33,247 nucleotides of DNA, taken from positions 1 to 33,247 of IMG/VR virus record IMGVR_UViG_3300016265_000676. One strand, 5' to 3'. The DNA is from a virus (lineage: Duplodnaviria; Caudoviricetes). The notes under the pieces are model-generated. The model did no database searches, was not told the origin of the DNA, and worked only from the letters and a program-made list of their open reading frames with translations. Shown here in pieces: positions 14,128 to 22,257 of the stretch; position 1 is the first letter of the stretch; every line of letters starts with the position of its first letter. Both the position numbers and the translations under genes were made by a program.

Positions 14128-14174
14128 CTCCACAGCATTCTCCAAAAGATCAGTGGCCACAGCATCAGCATCAT
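14124..14174 (-). CDS. 16-aa Trp/Arg-rich hydrophobic peptide MMLMLWPLIFWRMLWR
   Basis: ATGA overlap with the upstream stop and with the lysozyme start. Confidence 0.45.
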   Translation of the reverse strand: MMLMLWPLIFWRMLWR

Positions 14175-14563
14175 CCCAGCACCCCTAGCTTGGATGCAGT
14201 TGCAGCAACCGTTGCGGCCACGATGGCCCAGACGGCGCGGTCCACCCATTCCGAAGTGCGAGCCTGTTGCGGCTCGGCCTTTTCCAGCTCGGTGACGCGC
14301 AGCGAAACGGACTCGATCTTTCCTTCCAGGCGCTCGGCCGCCTTGAAGCAACGCTCGATGGCCAGGCTAGCCTGGGACTGGCGCTCTTCAACCAAGGCGA
14401 GCTTGGTGATGGCCTGGGCCAGTTCGCGCATGCCGTCGCGGAAGTCGGACATGCCGGTCTTGATTTCGCCAACGTCTGAATGCAAGTCGGCCAGCTGCGT
14501 TGCCAGCGCAACCCAGGCTTGGTCGTTTTGTCGGCGGTCCTTGCCGCAAAATTCGTCTGTCAT
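14171..14563 (-). CDS. Coiled-coil protein with C-terminal TM (holin/antiholin-like lysis gene)
   Basis: KLALVEERQ coiled coil, WVDRAVWAIVAATVAA TM; upstream of the lysozyme. Confidence 0.65.
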   Translation of the reverse strand: MTDEFCGKDRRQNDQAWVALATQLADLHSDVGEIKTGMSDFRDGMRELAQAITKLALVEERQSQASLAIERCFKAAERLEGKIESVSLRVTELEKAEPQQARTSEWVDRAVWAIVAATVAATASKLGVLG

Positions 14564-14832
14564 GGTGATTGGTTTTCTGCCGCTCGGGCTTCTACTTCGT
14601 AGGGGTTAGCGTGATAGCCGTAGAGCAACGACCACCACAGGTACCGGATCGCAAACACCACCCGGCCGTCACGCTCGATTTGCTCCAGGTGCTTGCGCTC
14701 GTGGCGCAGCAGGCGCTCGTCGTGCTCAGAACCCGGAAGCACATAGATGACGTTCCAGAAGCTGGTCCAGCCACGGCAGCCCGTGGCGCGGATGTACCAG
14801 GCGATCAGGCCGGTGGCGGTGCGGATGGTCAT
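14560..14832 (-). CDS. HEXXH metallopeptidase-like small protein (DUF4157-like)
   Basis: LLRHERKHLEQ...GYHANPYEVEAR. Confidence 0.65.
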   Translation of the reverse strand: MTIRTATGLIAWYIRATGCRGWTSFWNVIYVLPGSEHDERLLRHERKHLEQIERDGRVVFAIRYLWWSLLYGYHANPYEVEARAAENQSP

Positions 14833-14835
14833 TCG

Positions 14836-16719
14836 TTATGACTGTTGATTCGGTACGTTTGAAATTTCAAGGTTGGTGAATTTCATAACGTCCGTTGTGT
14901 TGTTTGTGGTTATTCTGAAAATGAGGCTGTACCCAGATTGTGCAGCAAGGTAAAAAGCCTCATTGATTGACAAAGCATTGCCAGAGTTTGTCCAAGATTT
15001 GAGCACGTTGGTAGTAGTGCCATTTGTCTCAACAATCTTTATTTTTGCAGTGTCATAACTAGAATTATATGATCCAGTTGCTTTGATTTTGAATATTCCG
15101 GACGATGGAAGAGGCTGATCAAAATCAACGACGTTTGCGGAAACTGAATCAATCTGCAATTCTTTTGTGGAGCCAGTCAATATGATATTAGAAAGGTCTG
15201 TCGCCCCATGAATAAATTGCGACCTAGCACCAATTACCATGGATTGCTGAGTGTATTTTGCAATCCCCGTCTCGTTTTCAGAGTACAGACCGTCAGTGGA
15301 GTATTCGTAGGCGCCGAATGTGCCATCCAACGAGTATTTGCCAACAATGTTAATACGTTGCACCGATGGATTTTCAACGTAATAACCTTTGATGTTTGCA
15401 GACACTCCAAGCGTGTTGGTAACGGAAGTAAACCAAGGATTCAGGATGGAGACGTTGCTCTTGCCGGTTCCGCGAGTCGAAATAAACATCCACGTGGGGT
15501 CATAGCACTGCAAGTTGTAGATGTACGGACTAAGCACAGTGACTTGCGCCCCTTCGCAATACATGTATTGCGAATAGCTGTTTTCAGTCCCAGGGGAAAC
15601 AATCGTAATACCTTGGCATCCGGTGATGTTAAATATGAAAGCTGCGTTCTGATAGTCACCACCAGAACCAGATGGCAAAAACGGATCAGACGGATGCTTG
15701 CCAGCATCGCTGTGGTCGCAGGCGCACCCAATGAGCTGGGTATAGACGCACCCACTTAATGACCACCCACCTCCGCACCCCCATGCCGTGGTGTTGCGAA
15801 GCACCGTAGAGGTGTTCGCACTCTGCAATACGAATCCGTACTGCTGGCACTGCTGCGCCGTGGCTTGCTCCAACGAACACGCCCAGCACGTCTTGTAGAC
15901 GTAGCCGTTGATACACGCTTGCGCCCGCGTATTTCGAACGTCGAAATAGCTGCACCCATTAAGATAAAACCCGTAGGTGGAAACAGTCACCACACCTGTG
16001 CTTGTGTCGCGCACACGGTCGCCTACGACTTGCAGGTTCTCAATGAAGAACCTGTATTTGCCGTTTCCGTAGATCACGCAATTCACGCCGCCCGAGCTGG
16101 CCGTGCTGTTCTTCTTGGTGATTGTGGTGCCCTGGCTTGCGCCGACGAGGTTCACATAGGTGGCAACTTCAATCGGGGCGGTGATGTAGTAGTTGCCCTG
16201 CGGGAAATACACCGTGCCGCCGCCTGCTGCGCTTACCGCATTAATTGCAGCTTGAATTGCAGCGGTAACACTGGCCGACTCCGTGCCTGCGGCAACTGCT
16301 GCTTTATCTGCTGACGTCATGAAGTCAAAAACGCTCACTGTCTCTCGCAGCTTGCTCTGCACAGTCGTGGCGACTGCGCCGGTGCCGGCGGGGAGGTAGC
16401 CAACCAGTGAGGCGCCCGTAGCCGCGCTGAACGCATCAACATTGAGCGCCCCCGACACGTTGTCCTGCGTCCATTGCGTCACCCCGCCGGAGTTCTTCAG
16501 CACGAACTTGTACTGCTTGGCCGGGTCCAGCCACAGCACACATTCGCCGCGCGAGTCCAGCGTGATCGGGTTGGTGTTGGCGATGGACAGGGCCTTATCC
16601 TGCCAGGTCGTCGCAAGGGTGGTCGTGCCGGCCAGGTAGGTGGTCAGCGTGCCGTTTGCCATCGGCGCGCCGTTGGCCGAGAATTGGAACTTCGGGATGG
16701 TGGCGATCACACCGCTCAT
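14836..16719 (-). CDS. Tailspike/receptor-binding protein with pectate-lyase-like beta-helix
   Basis: N-terminal virion-binding domain (NTNPITLDSRGEC), ATTVQSKLRETVSVFDF, AIQAAINA..GGGTVYFPQGNY; SD GAGGTG before ATG 16719. Confidence 0.85.
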   Translation of the reverse strand: MSGVIATIPKFQFSANGAPMANGTLTTYLAGTTTLATTWQDKALSIANTNPITLDSRGECVLWLDPAKQYKFVLKNSGGVTQWTQDNVSGALNVDAFSAATGASLVGYLPAGTGAVATTVQSKLRETVSVFDFMTSADKAAVAAGTESASVTAAIQAAINAVSAAGGGTVYFPQGNYYITAPIEVATYVNLVGASQGTTITKKNSTASSGGVNCVIYGNGKYRFFIENLQVVGDRVRDTSTGVVTVSTYGFYLNGCSYFDVRNTRAQACINGYVYKTCWACSLEQATAQQCQQYGFVLQSANTSTVLRNTTAWGCGGGWSLSGCVYTQLIGCACDHSDAGKHPSDPFLPSGSGGDYQNAAFIFNITGCQGITIVSPGTENSYSQYMYCEGAQVTVLSPYIYNLQCYDPTWMFISTRGTGKSNVSILNPWFTSVTNTLGVSANIKGYYVENPSVQRINIVGKYSLDGTFGAYEYSTDGLYSENETGIAKYTQQSMVIGARSQFIHGATDLSNIILTGSTKELQIDSVSANVVDFDQPLPSSGIFKIKATGSYNSSYDTAKIKIVETNGTTTNVLKSWTNSGNALSINEAFYLAAQSGYSLIFRITTNNTTDVMKFTNLEISNVPNQQS

Positions 16720-16736
16720 GGGGTACACCTCAAATC

Positions 16737-16782
16737 AAAAAAGGCCGCGTGGTGCGGCCATGAAAAAAGCCCCGCTAGGGGC
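16737..16782 (-). terminator. Two tandem terminator-like hairpins before the tailspike gene
   Basis: GCCCC-TAGC-GGGGC-T6 and GGCCGC-ACCAC-GCGGCC-T6 on the - strand. Confidence 0.7.
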
Positions 16783-16797
16783 CTTGAAAGGGTTGCT

Positions 16798-16956
16798 ATG
16801 CCGGGCTGGCTGTTGGCTGTCTTCCTGAAGCCGTTTATCTTTCTGGTGTTCTGCGTCCTGATCTATTTCGTCAAGGCGGCTATCTGGAAGCTGCTGCCGG
16901 ACGGCAAGGTCAAGCGCATCCTGTTTTCACCTCTGCCCGGTCACCGCGAGCGTTGA
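16798..16956 (+). CDS. 52-aa membrane protein antisense to the late operon
   Basis: MPGWLLAVFLKPFIFLVFCVLIYFVKAAIWKLLPDGKVKRILF...; fills the gap between the ejection gene and the tailspike. Confidence 0.65.
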   Translation: MPGWLLAVFLKPFIFLVFCVLIYFVKAAIWKLLPDGKVKRILFSPLPGHRER

Positions 16957-18813
16957 AGGCGTCAGGCGCACAGCCTGGCTGGCCAGATCCGTGGCCAGGC
17001 GGCGCACCACGCTGGGCGGCAGCTGCTGCTGGGCAGGCTGAACCCTGGACACCAGCGCGGCTGCCCTGGCCGGGTCAAGCACCGCCTCGGCCAGCGCCTG
17101 CTGGATCTTCGGCTCCGCCACGCCGCCATACAGCAGGTTGAGCGGCTTGCCGATCACCGTGTTGGCCAGCGCGCTCTCGGCCCACGACTGCGGCAGGCCG
17201 GTCGGTCCCACCAGTTGGCGCAGGATGTTCTGCGACGCCAGGCGCTGCGCCGTTGCAGAACCAGGACCTGCGCCGGTCGACGCCACAGCGGCGGCCCGGT
17301 CGGTCTCGCTGGCCACAGCGCGCAGCGTGGCCAGTTGGTCAGGCGTCAGGATGTCGGCCAGCTTGTTGCCCAGCCCCTTGCGCCCCGTGGCGCGCTCGAT
17401 CAAGCCTCCCTCGTCGCGCAGCATGCCCAGCAGCGCATTGGCCTGCATGCGCGGGTTGCCCGCCAGGTCGCTGGTGTTGGAGGTCGCGCGCCGCGCCACT
17501 TCCGCGCCAATGTCCATGGCGTTGAGGGGCTTGGACGCGTCGCGGTACGCTGTGCGCGCAGCCTTGAATGCCGGGTTTGCGGACTCCATCCAGTTGATCA
17601 GCTGTCCGCGCAGATCCTTGATGGTGTTGCCCGCCTTGCCCGTAAAACCAGACGCAGGATCGGTCAGCATCTCGTCCATGGCCATCTTCAGATCCTGCAG
17701 AGCTTGCCCGTTGATCTGTCGAGTGGAGTTGGTCGGAACGCCCACGCCAGAGAACGCATTCGAAGGGTTCACGTCGAAGGCGACTGTCCGTCCCTGGTTG
17801 GTCGCCAGCGTCTTGGCTCGCGCCATGGCCTGCTGAACCGCAGGACGCTTCAACAGTTCTTCCAGTGCTCCGTCGACGGTGTAGGCCGCCTTCGTGGCCT
17901 GCTGATACAGATCCTTCGATGCCGCCTCGCGCGCCGACTCCGCAGCAGCGCGCCTGGTGCTGTCCCCGGCCAAGCCGGTCAGCGAGTTCACGCGCGCGGC
18001 GTTGTTGTCCGCCAGCCGCTGCACCAGCTGATTGCTGATCTGCGGGTCCATCGAGCGCACCGCGTCCTGCAGCCGGGCCATGCCGGCGTCGCCCGTCACC
18101 TCGGCCACCGTCGGCAAGGCGCCGGTGAGGGTCTGTCCGCCTTGGGCGGTCGCCACCTTGGCGGGGTCGGACGCAAAGCGCAGAATGGTGCGCCCGGCAA
18201 TCTTGTCGCGTCCCGCCTGCATGAAGGGCTCCACCAGCGCCTTGCTGCCCTGGTAGGCGCCCACCAAGGCGCGACCTGCCGCCACGCCGCCGGCACCCGA
18301 GGCGCCGCCAATTGCGGCATTGGTCAGGCGGCTTTCTCCTGCCGCCGTGGGCTGCAGCAGGCCCTGGCCCGCGCCCACCAGGGCGGCGCCCGTCAGGGTG
18401 TTGGCGCCAGGAATGAACATGGTCGGCAGCGCAACGGCCACGTTGCCGGCGAAGTTGCCCACCTGGCCGCCCGTGGTGTTCATCAGCGGCGCGTCGATCC
18501 TGCGCTTCTCGGCCACGTCCTGGTCGGTGACCAGGGTGTCCCACTTGCCGTTGCGGCGCACCGGGATCATCTGCCCGACGCCGTAGGCCAGGTCGGTCAT
18601 GCCCTTGCCCACACCGGCAGCAAAGGTTTCCAGCGGGCTCATGCCGTCGGTGGGGTCGTGGCGCTTCTCTGCGGCCTTGCCGCTCTTGGCGGACGCCTTG
18701 GCGCCGAAGGTCTGCGCCGCGAAGGCCTCGACATCAGCCGGCGTGGCGTTGTCCGGTCCCTCGAACACATGGATGGCCCCGTCCGGGCCTTGCACACGGT
18801 AGCGTGCCATCAT
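16927..18813 (-). CDS. DNA ejection (pilot) protein, P22 gp16 position
   Basis: Ala/Gly-rich helical 628 aa; synteny. Confidence 0.7.
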   Translation of the reverse strand: MMARYRVQGPDGAIHVFEGPDNATPADVEAFAAQTFGAKASAKSGKAAEKRHDPTDGMSPLETFAAGVGKGMTDLAYGVGQMIPVRRNGKWDTLVTDQDVAEKRRIDAPLMNTTGGQVGNFAGNVAVALPTMFIPGANTLTGAALVGAGQGLLQPTAAGESRLTNAAIGGASGAGGVAAGRALVGAYQGSKALVEPFMQAGRDKIAGRTILRFASDPAKVATAQGGQTLTGALPTVAEVTGDAGMARLQDAVRSMDPQISNQLVQRLADNNAARVNSLTGLAGDSTRRAAAESAREAASKDLYQQATKAAYTVDGALEELLKRPAVQQAMARAKTLATNQGRTVAFDVNPSNAFSGVGVPTNSTRQINGQALQDLKMAMDEMLTDPASGFTGKAGNTIKDLRGQLINWMESANPAFKAARTAYRDASKPLNAMDIGAEVARRATSNTSDLAGNPRMQANALLGMLRDEGGLIERATGRKGLGNKLADILTPDQLATLRAVASETDRAAAVASTGAGPGSATAQRLASQNILRQLVGPTGLPQSWAESALANTVIGKPLNLLYGGVAEPKIQQALAEAVLDPARAAALVSRVQPAQQQLPPSVVRRLATDLASQAVRLTPSTLAVTGQR

Positions 18814-20114
18814 TACTCCTTGCCAAGGTACTTGAAGCCGCCGCTCGACGGCATCGAGGGCGCCGCCGTTGAGGGCTTGCCAGTGGTGCCCGCCTCCAGA
18901 TCAGCCAGGTACTTCTGGAAGCCGATCAGCTTGTTTTTAATCTGCTGCGGGCTGTCGGTGTCTGCCGGCAGGAAGGTGTTGAGTCGCGCCAGTTCCTGCG
19001 CCGACTGCGCCGCGCCCGCTCGCTCGTTGATGACGCGCGAGACGTTGTTGAACACATAGGCTCGGGCCTGTGTCTGTTCGGGCGTCTCGCCTCGCCCTGC
19101 AAGCGTTTCCCCAAGCGCCGTCTTGCCGTACATGCCGCGCGAAAAGCTGAACGCAGATGGCGTGGCGTCCACCGCGTCCAGGGCGCCCTGGATGATGGAG
19201 CGCTGCTGCCCGATGCTCATCAGCTCCTTCTTGACGGACTCGGGCTGCTTGCCGGAGACGGGCTTGCCGTCCATCGTCGCGGCCGGCCTGGCCACGCCGG
19301 TTCCCTTGTCGACCAGCATCACGCCATCTGGCGTCTCGACCACCTGGGTGCGCGCCGCGTTGGCGGTTTCGCGCGACCGCGCGTCCACCATGTCCTGGCC
19401 GCGCCGCGCCGTCTGCGCGCTCAACTGCTCGCCAGGAGTCGCTACCTTCTGCACCGGCGCCGCGCCAATCTTCTGGCCAAAGGTCGGGCTATTCGGATTG
19501 TCGTCCACGCGGTAGATTTGCTGGCCGTTGTCCACGGTCGTCACCTTGGGCGAGAACACCGTGAAGATCTGTTCCGGCGTGAGCTGCGACTTCAGGCCCT
19601 CGGTCAGCTTGATCTTGAGCTGCGCCGGGTCGTCAGGCAGCCCGGCCGAGGTCTGCGCGAACATCTCGGGCGTCAGGATGCCCATGTTGACCAGCTCCTG
19701 TCCCGCCGCCAGCACCTTGTCCTTGCTCAAGGCCGGATCGTTGGCCAGCGAGCCCAGCGTGGTCTTGTAGGCGCTGTAACGCTTGTTGGCCAGGTCGAAG
19801 GACTTGGCATCGGCTTCGGTCTTGGTCTTGATGCCTTCCAGGTGCTGCTTGACGAACTCCATGCCCTTGGTCGGCGAGGTGGATACCAGCTTTTGCTGCC
19901 ACTCCGGCTTGGAGATGTCGAAACCCTGCGTGCCGAGCAGGGAGCGCAGGGCGTTCTGCTCCTGCACGCCGCGCTGGTACTCGTCCATCTTGAGCTGGTT
20001 GAGCTGGTTGGCCTGCTGCGCGCCCTGGATCTGCAGGACGTTGGCCAGCTGGTTGACCTGGCTTTCAGGCTTGAACTGTTGGATCTGGCCGTAGATTGAT
20101 GCGTCGATTGGCAT
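18813..20114 (-). CDS. DNA ejection protein, P22 gp20 position
   Basis: Gln-rich N-terminus, TARRGQDM motif; synteny. Confidence 0.7.
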   Translation of the reverse strand: MPIDASIYGQIQQFKPESQVNQLANVLQIQGAQQANQLNQLKMDEYQRGVQEQNALRSLLGTQGFDISKPEWQQKLVSTSPTKGMEFVKQHLEGIKTKTEADAKSFDLANKRYSAYKTTLGSLANDPALSKDKVLAAGQELVNMGILTPEMFAQTSAGLPDDPAQLKIKLTEGLKSQLTPEQIFTVFSPKVTTVDNGQQIYRVDDNPNSPTFGQKIGAAPVQKVATPGEQLSAQTARRGQDMVDARSRETANAARTQVVETPDGVMLVDKGTGVARPAATMDGKPVSGKQPESVKKELMSIGQQRSIIQGALDAVDATPSAFSFSRGMYGKTALGETLAGRGETPEQTQARAYVFNNVSRVINERAGAAQSAQELARLNTFLPADTDSPQQIKNKLIGFQKYLADLEAGTTGKPSTAAPSMPSSGGFKYLGKE

Positions 20115-20117
20115 GAT

Positions 20118-20906
20118 TTAGCCTGTCCATCCGTTGCTGGTGATGAAGTCGCCCAGCGGGTCGGCGCCGCCGGTGTAGCCGGTGCTGCCCGAGTAGCCGG
20201 GGCTTGGGAACAGCTTGTTCATCAGCTGCCCCTGCTGCCAGTTGTTCCAGCCGTTGTTCACGGCGCTGGTCCAGGCGTTACCCTGCGCGATCTTGGACGC
20301 CGCTTGCGCGTTGCCCATGTTGGTCATCAGGTTGCCGACGCTGTTGCCGTAGTTGGACGCCGCCTGCCCCTGGTTGTTGGCCGCCGTCTGGCTGGCTCCC
20401 ATCAGCGACTGCAGCGGGTTGAGCTTGTTGGCCCGGTTGGTCTGGAAACGGTTGAAGGCGTTCTGGTACTCGGCGCTTCCCTGGTTCTGGCCGTAGTCGG
20501 TGGCCGCCTTCATGGCCGCGCCGGACAGCAGGCCGCCGCGCGCCGCCGCCGAGCGTTCCAGCGCCCGCTGGCCCTGGTCCATGCGCCACTGGTAGCCGGG
20601 GTCGGCCTGGAAGTCGGACATGCCGAAGTCCTTCATCAGCGACCTGTAGCCCTGCGCTGTCGTGTTGCCGCTCAGGCCCAGCATGTCGAGCAGGCGGTTC
20701 TGCGCCGTGAGACCGGCCTGGCGAAACGGCTCCTGCAGCTCGACCTGCTTGTCGAACATCTGCTTCTGCAGAGCGGTCGCGTTGTTGGTGGCGTCTGCCT
20801 GGGTCTGCGCGGCGTTCTCGGCGGAGTTGGACGACATGGCTCCGCCCAGCAGGCCAGCGCCAATGCCCACCATCCCCACCTGCGCGGCGGTAAGTCCAAA
20901 AGCCAT
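20118..20906 (-). CDS. DNA transfer/ejection protein, P22 gp7-like
   Basis: FQADPGYQWRMDQG...SAAARGGLLSGAAMKA motif; Gly/Ala/Gln/Asn-rich. Confidence 0.78.
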   Translation of the reverse strand: MAFGLTAAQVGMVGIGAGLLGGAMSSNSAENAAQTQADATNNATALQKQMFDKQVELQEPFRQAGLTAQNRLLDMLGLSGNTTAQGYRSLMKDFGMSDFQADPGYQWRMDQGQRALERSAAARGGLLSGAAMKAATDYGQNQGSAEYQNAFNRFQTNRANKLNPLQSLMGASQTAANNQGQAASNYGNSVGNLMTNMGNAQAASKIAQGNAWTSAVNNGWNNWQQGQLMNKLFPSPGYSGSTGYTGGADPLGDFITSNGWTG

Positions 20907-20909
20907 TTT

Positions 20910-21386
20910 TTAATCCTCCAGCTTGTTCAGTTCTTCATGGGCAAGCAACTGCCTGTTGCCGTGGCCGCCCAGCATCTCGCAGGCCTTGGATTCGGTCAGG
21001 ATTTCCACCAGCTTGTCGGGGTCGGTCTCGTCGGTGGCGAAGAAGTTGGTCCACACCGCGTCTTCCAGGGCCAGCGCCGCGTTCTTCTGTCCGGGCTTGA
21101 CCCTGACGATGGCCGGCGCGCTGATCTCGGTCGTGCCCTCGTCGGTGACGACCTGCAGCCGGCCCGCCGACAGCACGGCCAGGTTTTCTATCTTGTGCAC
21201 CGCGCCCACCAGCACCACGCCCTTGGGGATGCTGATCTCGCGCGCGTAGACGCCGGGTGCGAAGTGATGCCGCACCGGGCACTCGGCCTGCGGCATGCCC
21301 ATCATGGCCTCTTCCAGCCGCTGCGCCTTGTCGCGCGCGGTCTCCACGCGCGCCGGCTCGAAGCCCTTGCCGTAGGTGACCTTCAT
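20910..21386 (-). CDS. Cupin-like protein in the virion-assembly cluster
   Basis: HHFAPGVYAREISIPKGVVLVGAVHK cupin-like motif. Confidence 0.7.
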   Translation of the reverse strand: MKVTYGKGFEPARVETARDKAQRLEEAMMGMPQAECPVRHHFAPGVYAREISIPKGVVLVGAVHKIENLAVLSAGRLQVVTDEGTTEISAPAIVRVKPGQKNAALALEDAVWTNFFATDETDPDKLVEILTESKACEMLGGHGNRQLLAHEELNKLED

Positions 21387-21727
21387 CAGGGGTTGGTCTC
21401 GTAGCCGCTGGCCACCAGCGTGATGGACGTCGCAGAGCCTGCCAGTGCCTGGATCGTGCCGCCCGCCTCCAGCGTCTGGCCGATGGCCGAAGCGACGTTG
21501 TAGGACTCGCCGGCCGCAATCGTGCGCGCCGACAGGATGCAGTTGTCCGCGCCGGCCGTGCCGCCGGTGGGCACCAGGTGCATCGTCGCCGTGATGGCGC
21601 CGGCCGTGGTGTTGGTCAGCGTGCAGGCCGCAATCGTGGTCTTGGTGTTGGCCGGCGTGGTGTAGTAGGTCGTGGCGCTGGCGGCAATCTGCGAGCCGCT
21701 GACCAGACGCTTCGGAAGTCGTTGCAT
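21386..21727 (-). CDS. Putative virion structural protein
   Basis: SD GAGGT; MQRLPKRL...Thr/Ala-rich beta protein. Confidence 0.65.
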   Translation of the reverse strand: MQRLPKRLVSGSQIAASATTYYTTPANTKTTIAACTLTNTTAGAITATMHLVPTGGTAGADNCILSARTIAAGESYNVASAIGQTLEAGGTIQALAGSATSITLVASGYETNP

Positions 21728-21729
21728 GG

Positions 21730-22257
21730 TTACCTCGGGATGAATGTCATGGTGGGCGCGACCGTGTAGGTCACCTGCAGGCCGTCGCCGGACAGCAGCG
21801 GAAACAGCCCGGCCAGCGCGCCGGTCTTGGTCGCCACGCCCAGGCGCACGTAGTCGACCTGCGTCACCGTTCCGCCCTGCACGATCACGTAACCGTCGCG
21901 CCCCGAGCGGAAGGTGTAGGGCGAGGCCCCCGGCGTCACCGGCTCGGCCGCCGTGTTGGCGCGCTCGCTGGGCGGCTGCGTCACGTCTGGCAGCAGCACG
22001 TCGGCCACGACCGGCTGCAGCACCTCGGGCGCCATCCAGTCGACGCTGGCAGGCTGCGTGACGGTCTCCAGCCCGGTACATCCCTGCACCAGGTCGCCGC
22101 CAGGGGCGGGCGCGAAGGTGTCCACGCCCATGTCGCCCAGCACGCCGCCGGTACGGCCGTACAGGATCTGCAGCGCCCGGTAGGCTTCCGGCGTCAGCGT
22201 GCCGTCCTGGTTGACGAATCGGATGCGCGCCGGGAACAGGGACAGGGCCGAACTCAT
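21730..22257 (-). CDS. Putative tail/virion protein
   Basis: ATGA-coupled to the gp10-like gene; SPYTF...LLSGDGLQVTYTVAPTMTFIP. Confidence 0.65.
   Translation of the reverse strand: MSSALSLFPARIRFVNQDGTLTPEAYRALQILYGRTGGVLGDMGVDTFAPAPGGDLVQGCTGLETVTQPASVDWMAPEVLQPVVADVLLPDVTQPPSERANTAAEPVTPGASPYTFRSGRDGYVIVQGGTVTQVDYVRLGVATKTGALAGLFPLLSGDGLQVTYTVAPTMTFIPR

Noticed and set aside
14836-16719. Diversity-generating retroelement or invertible tail cassette
   Set aside because: No reverse transcriptase, invertase or duplicated template region seen
17215-19059. Long + strand ORFs opposite late genes (also 24717-25868, 26599-28080, 29555-31276, 31222-32409)
   Set aside because: Antisense shadows of high-GC3 genes; no recognisable motifs, and the opposite strand has clear structural genes
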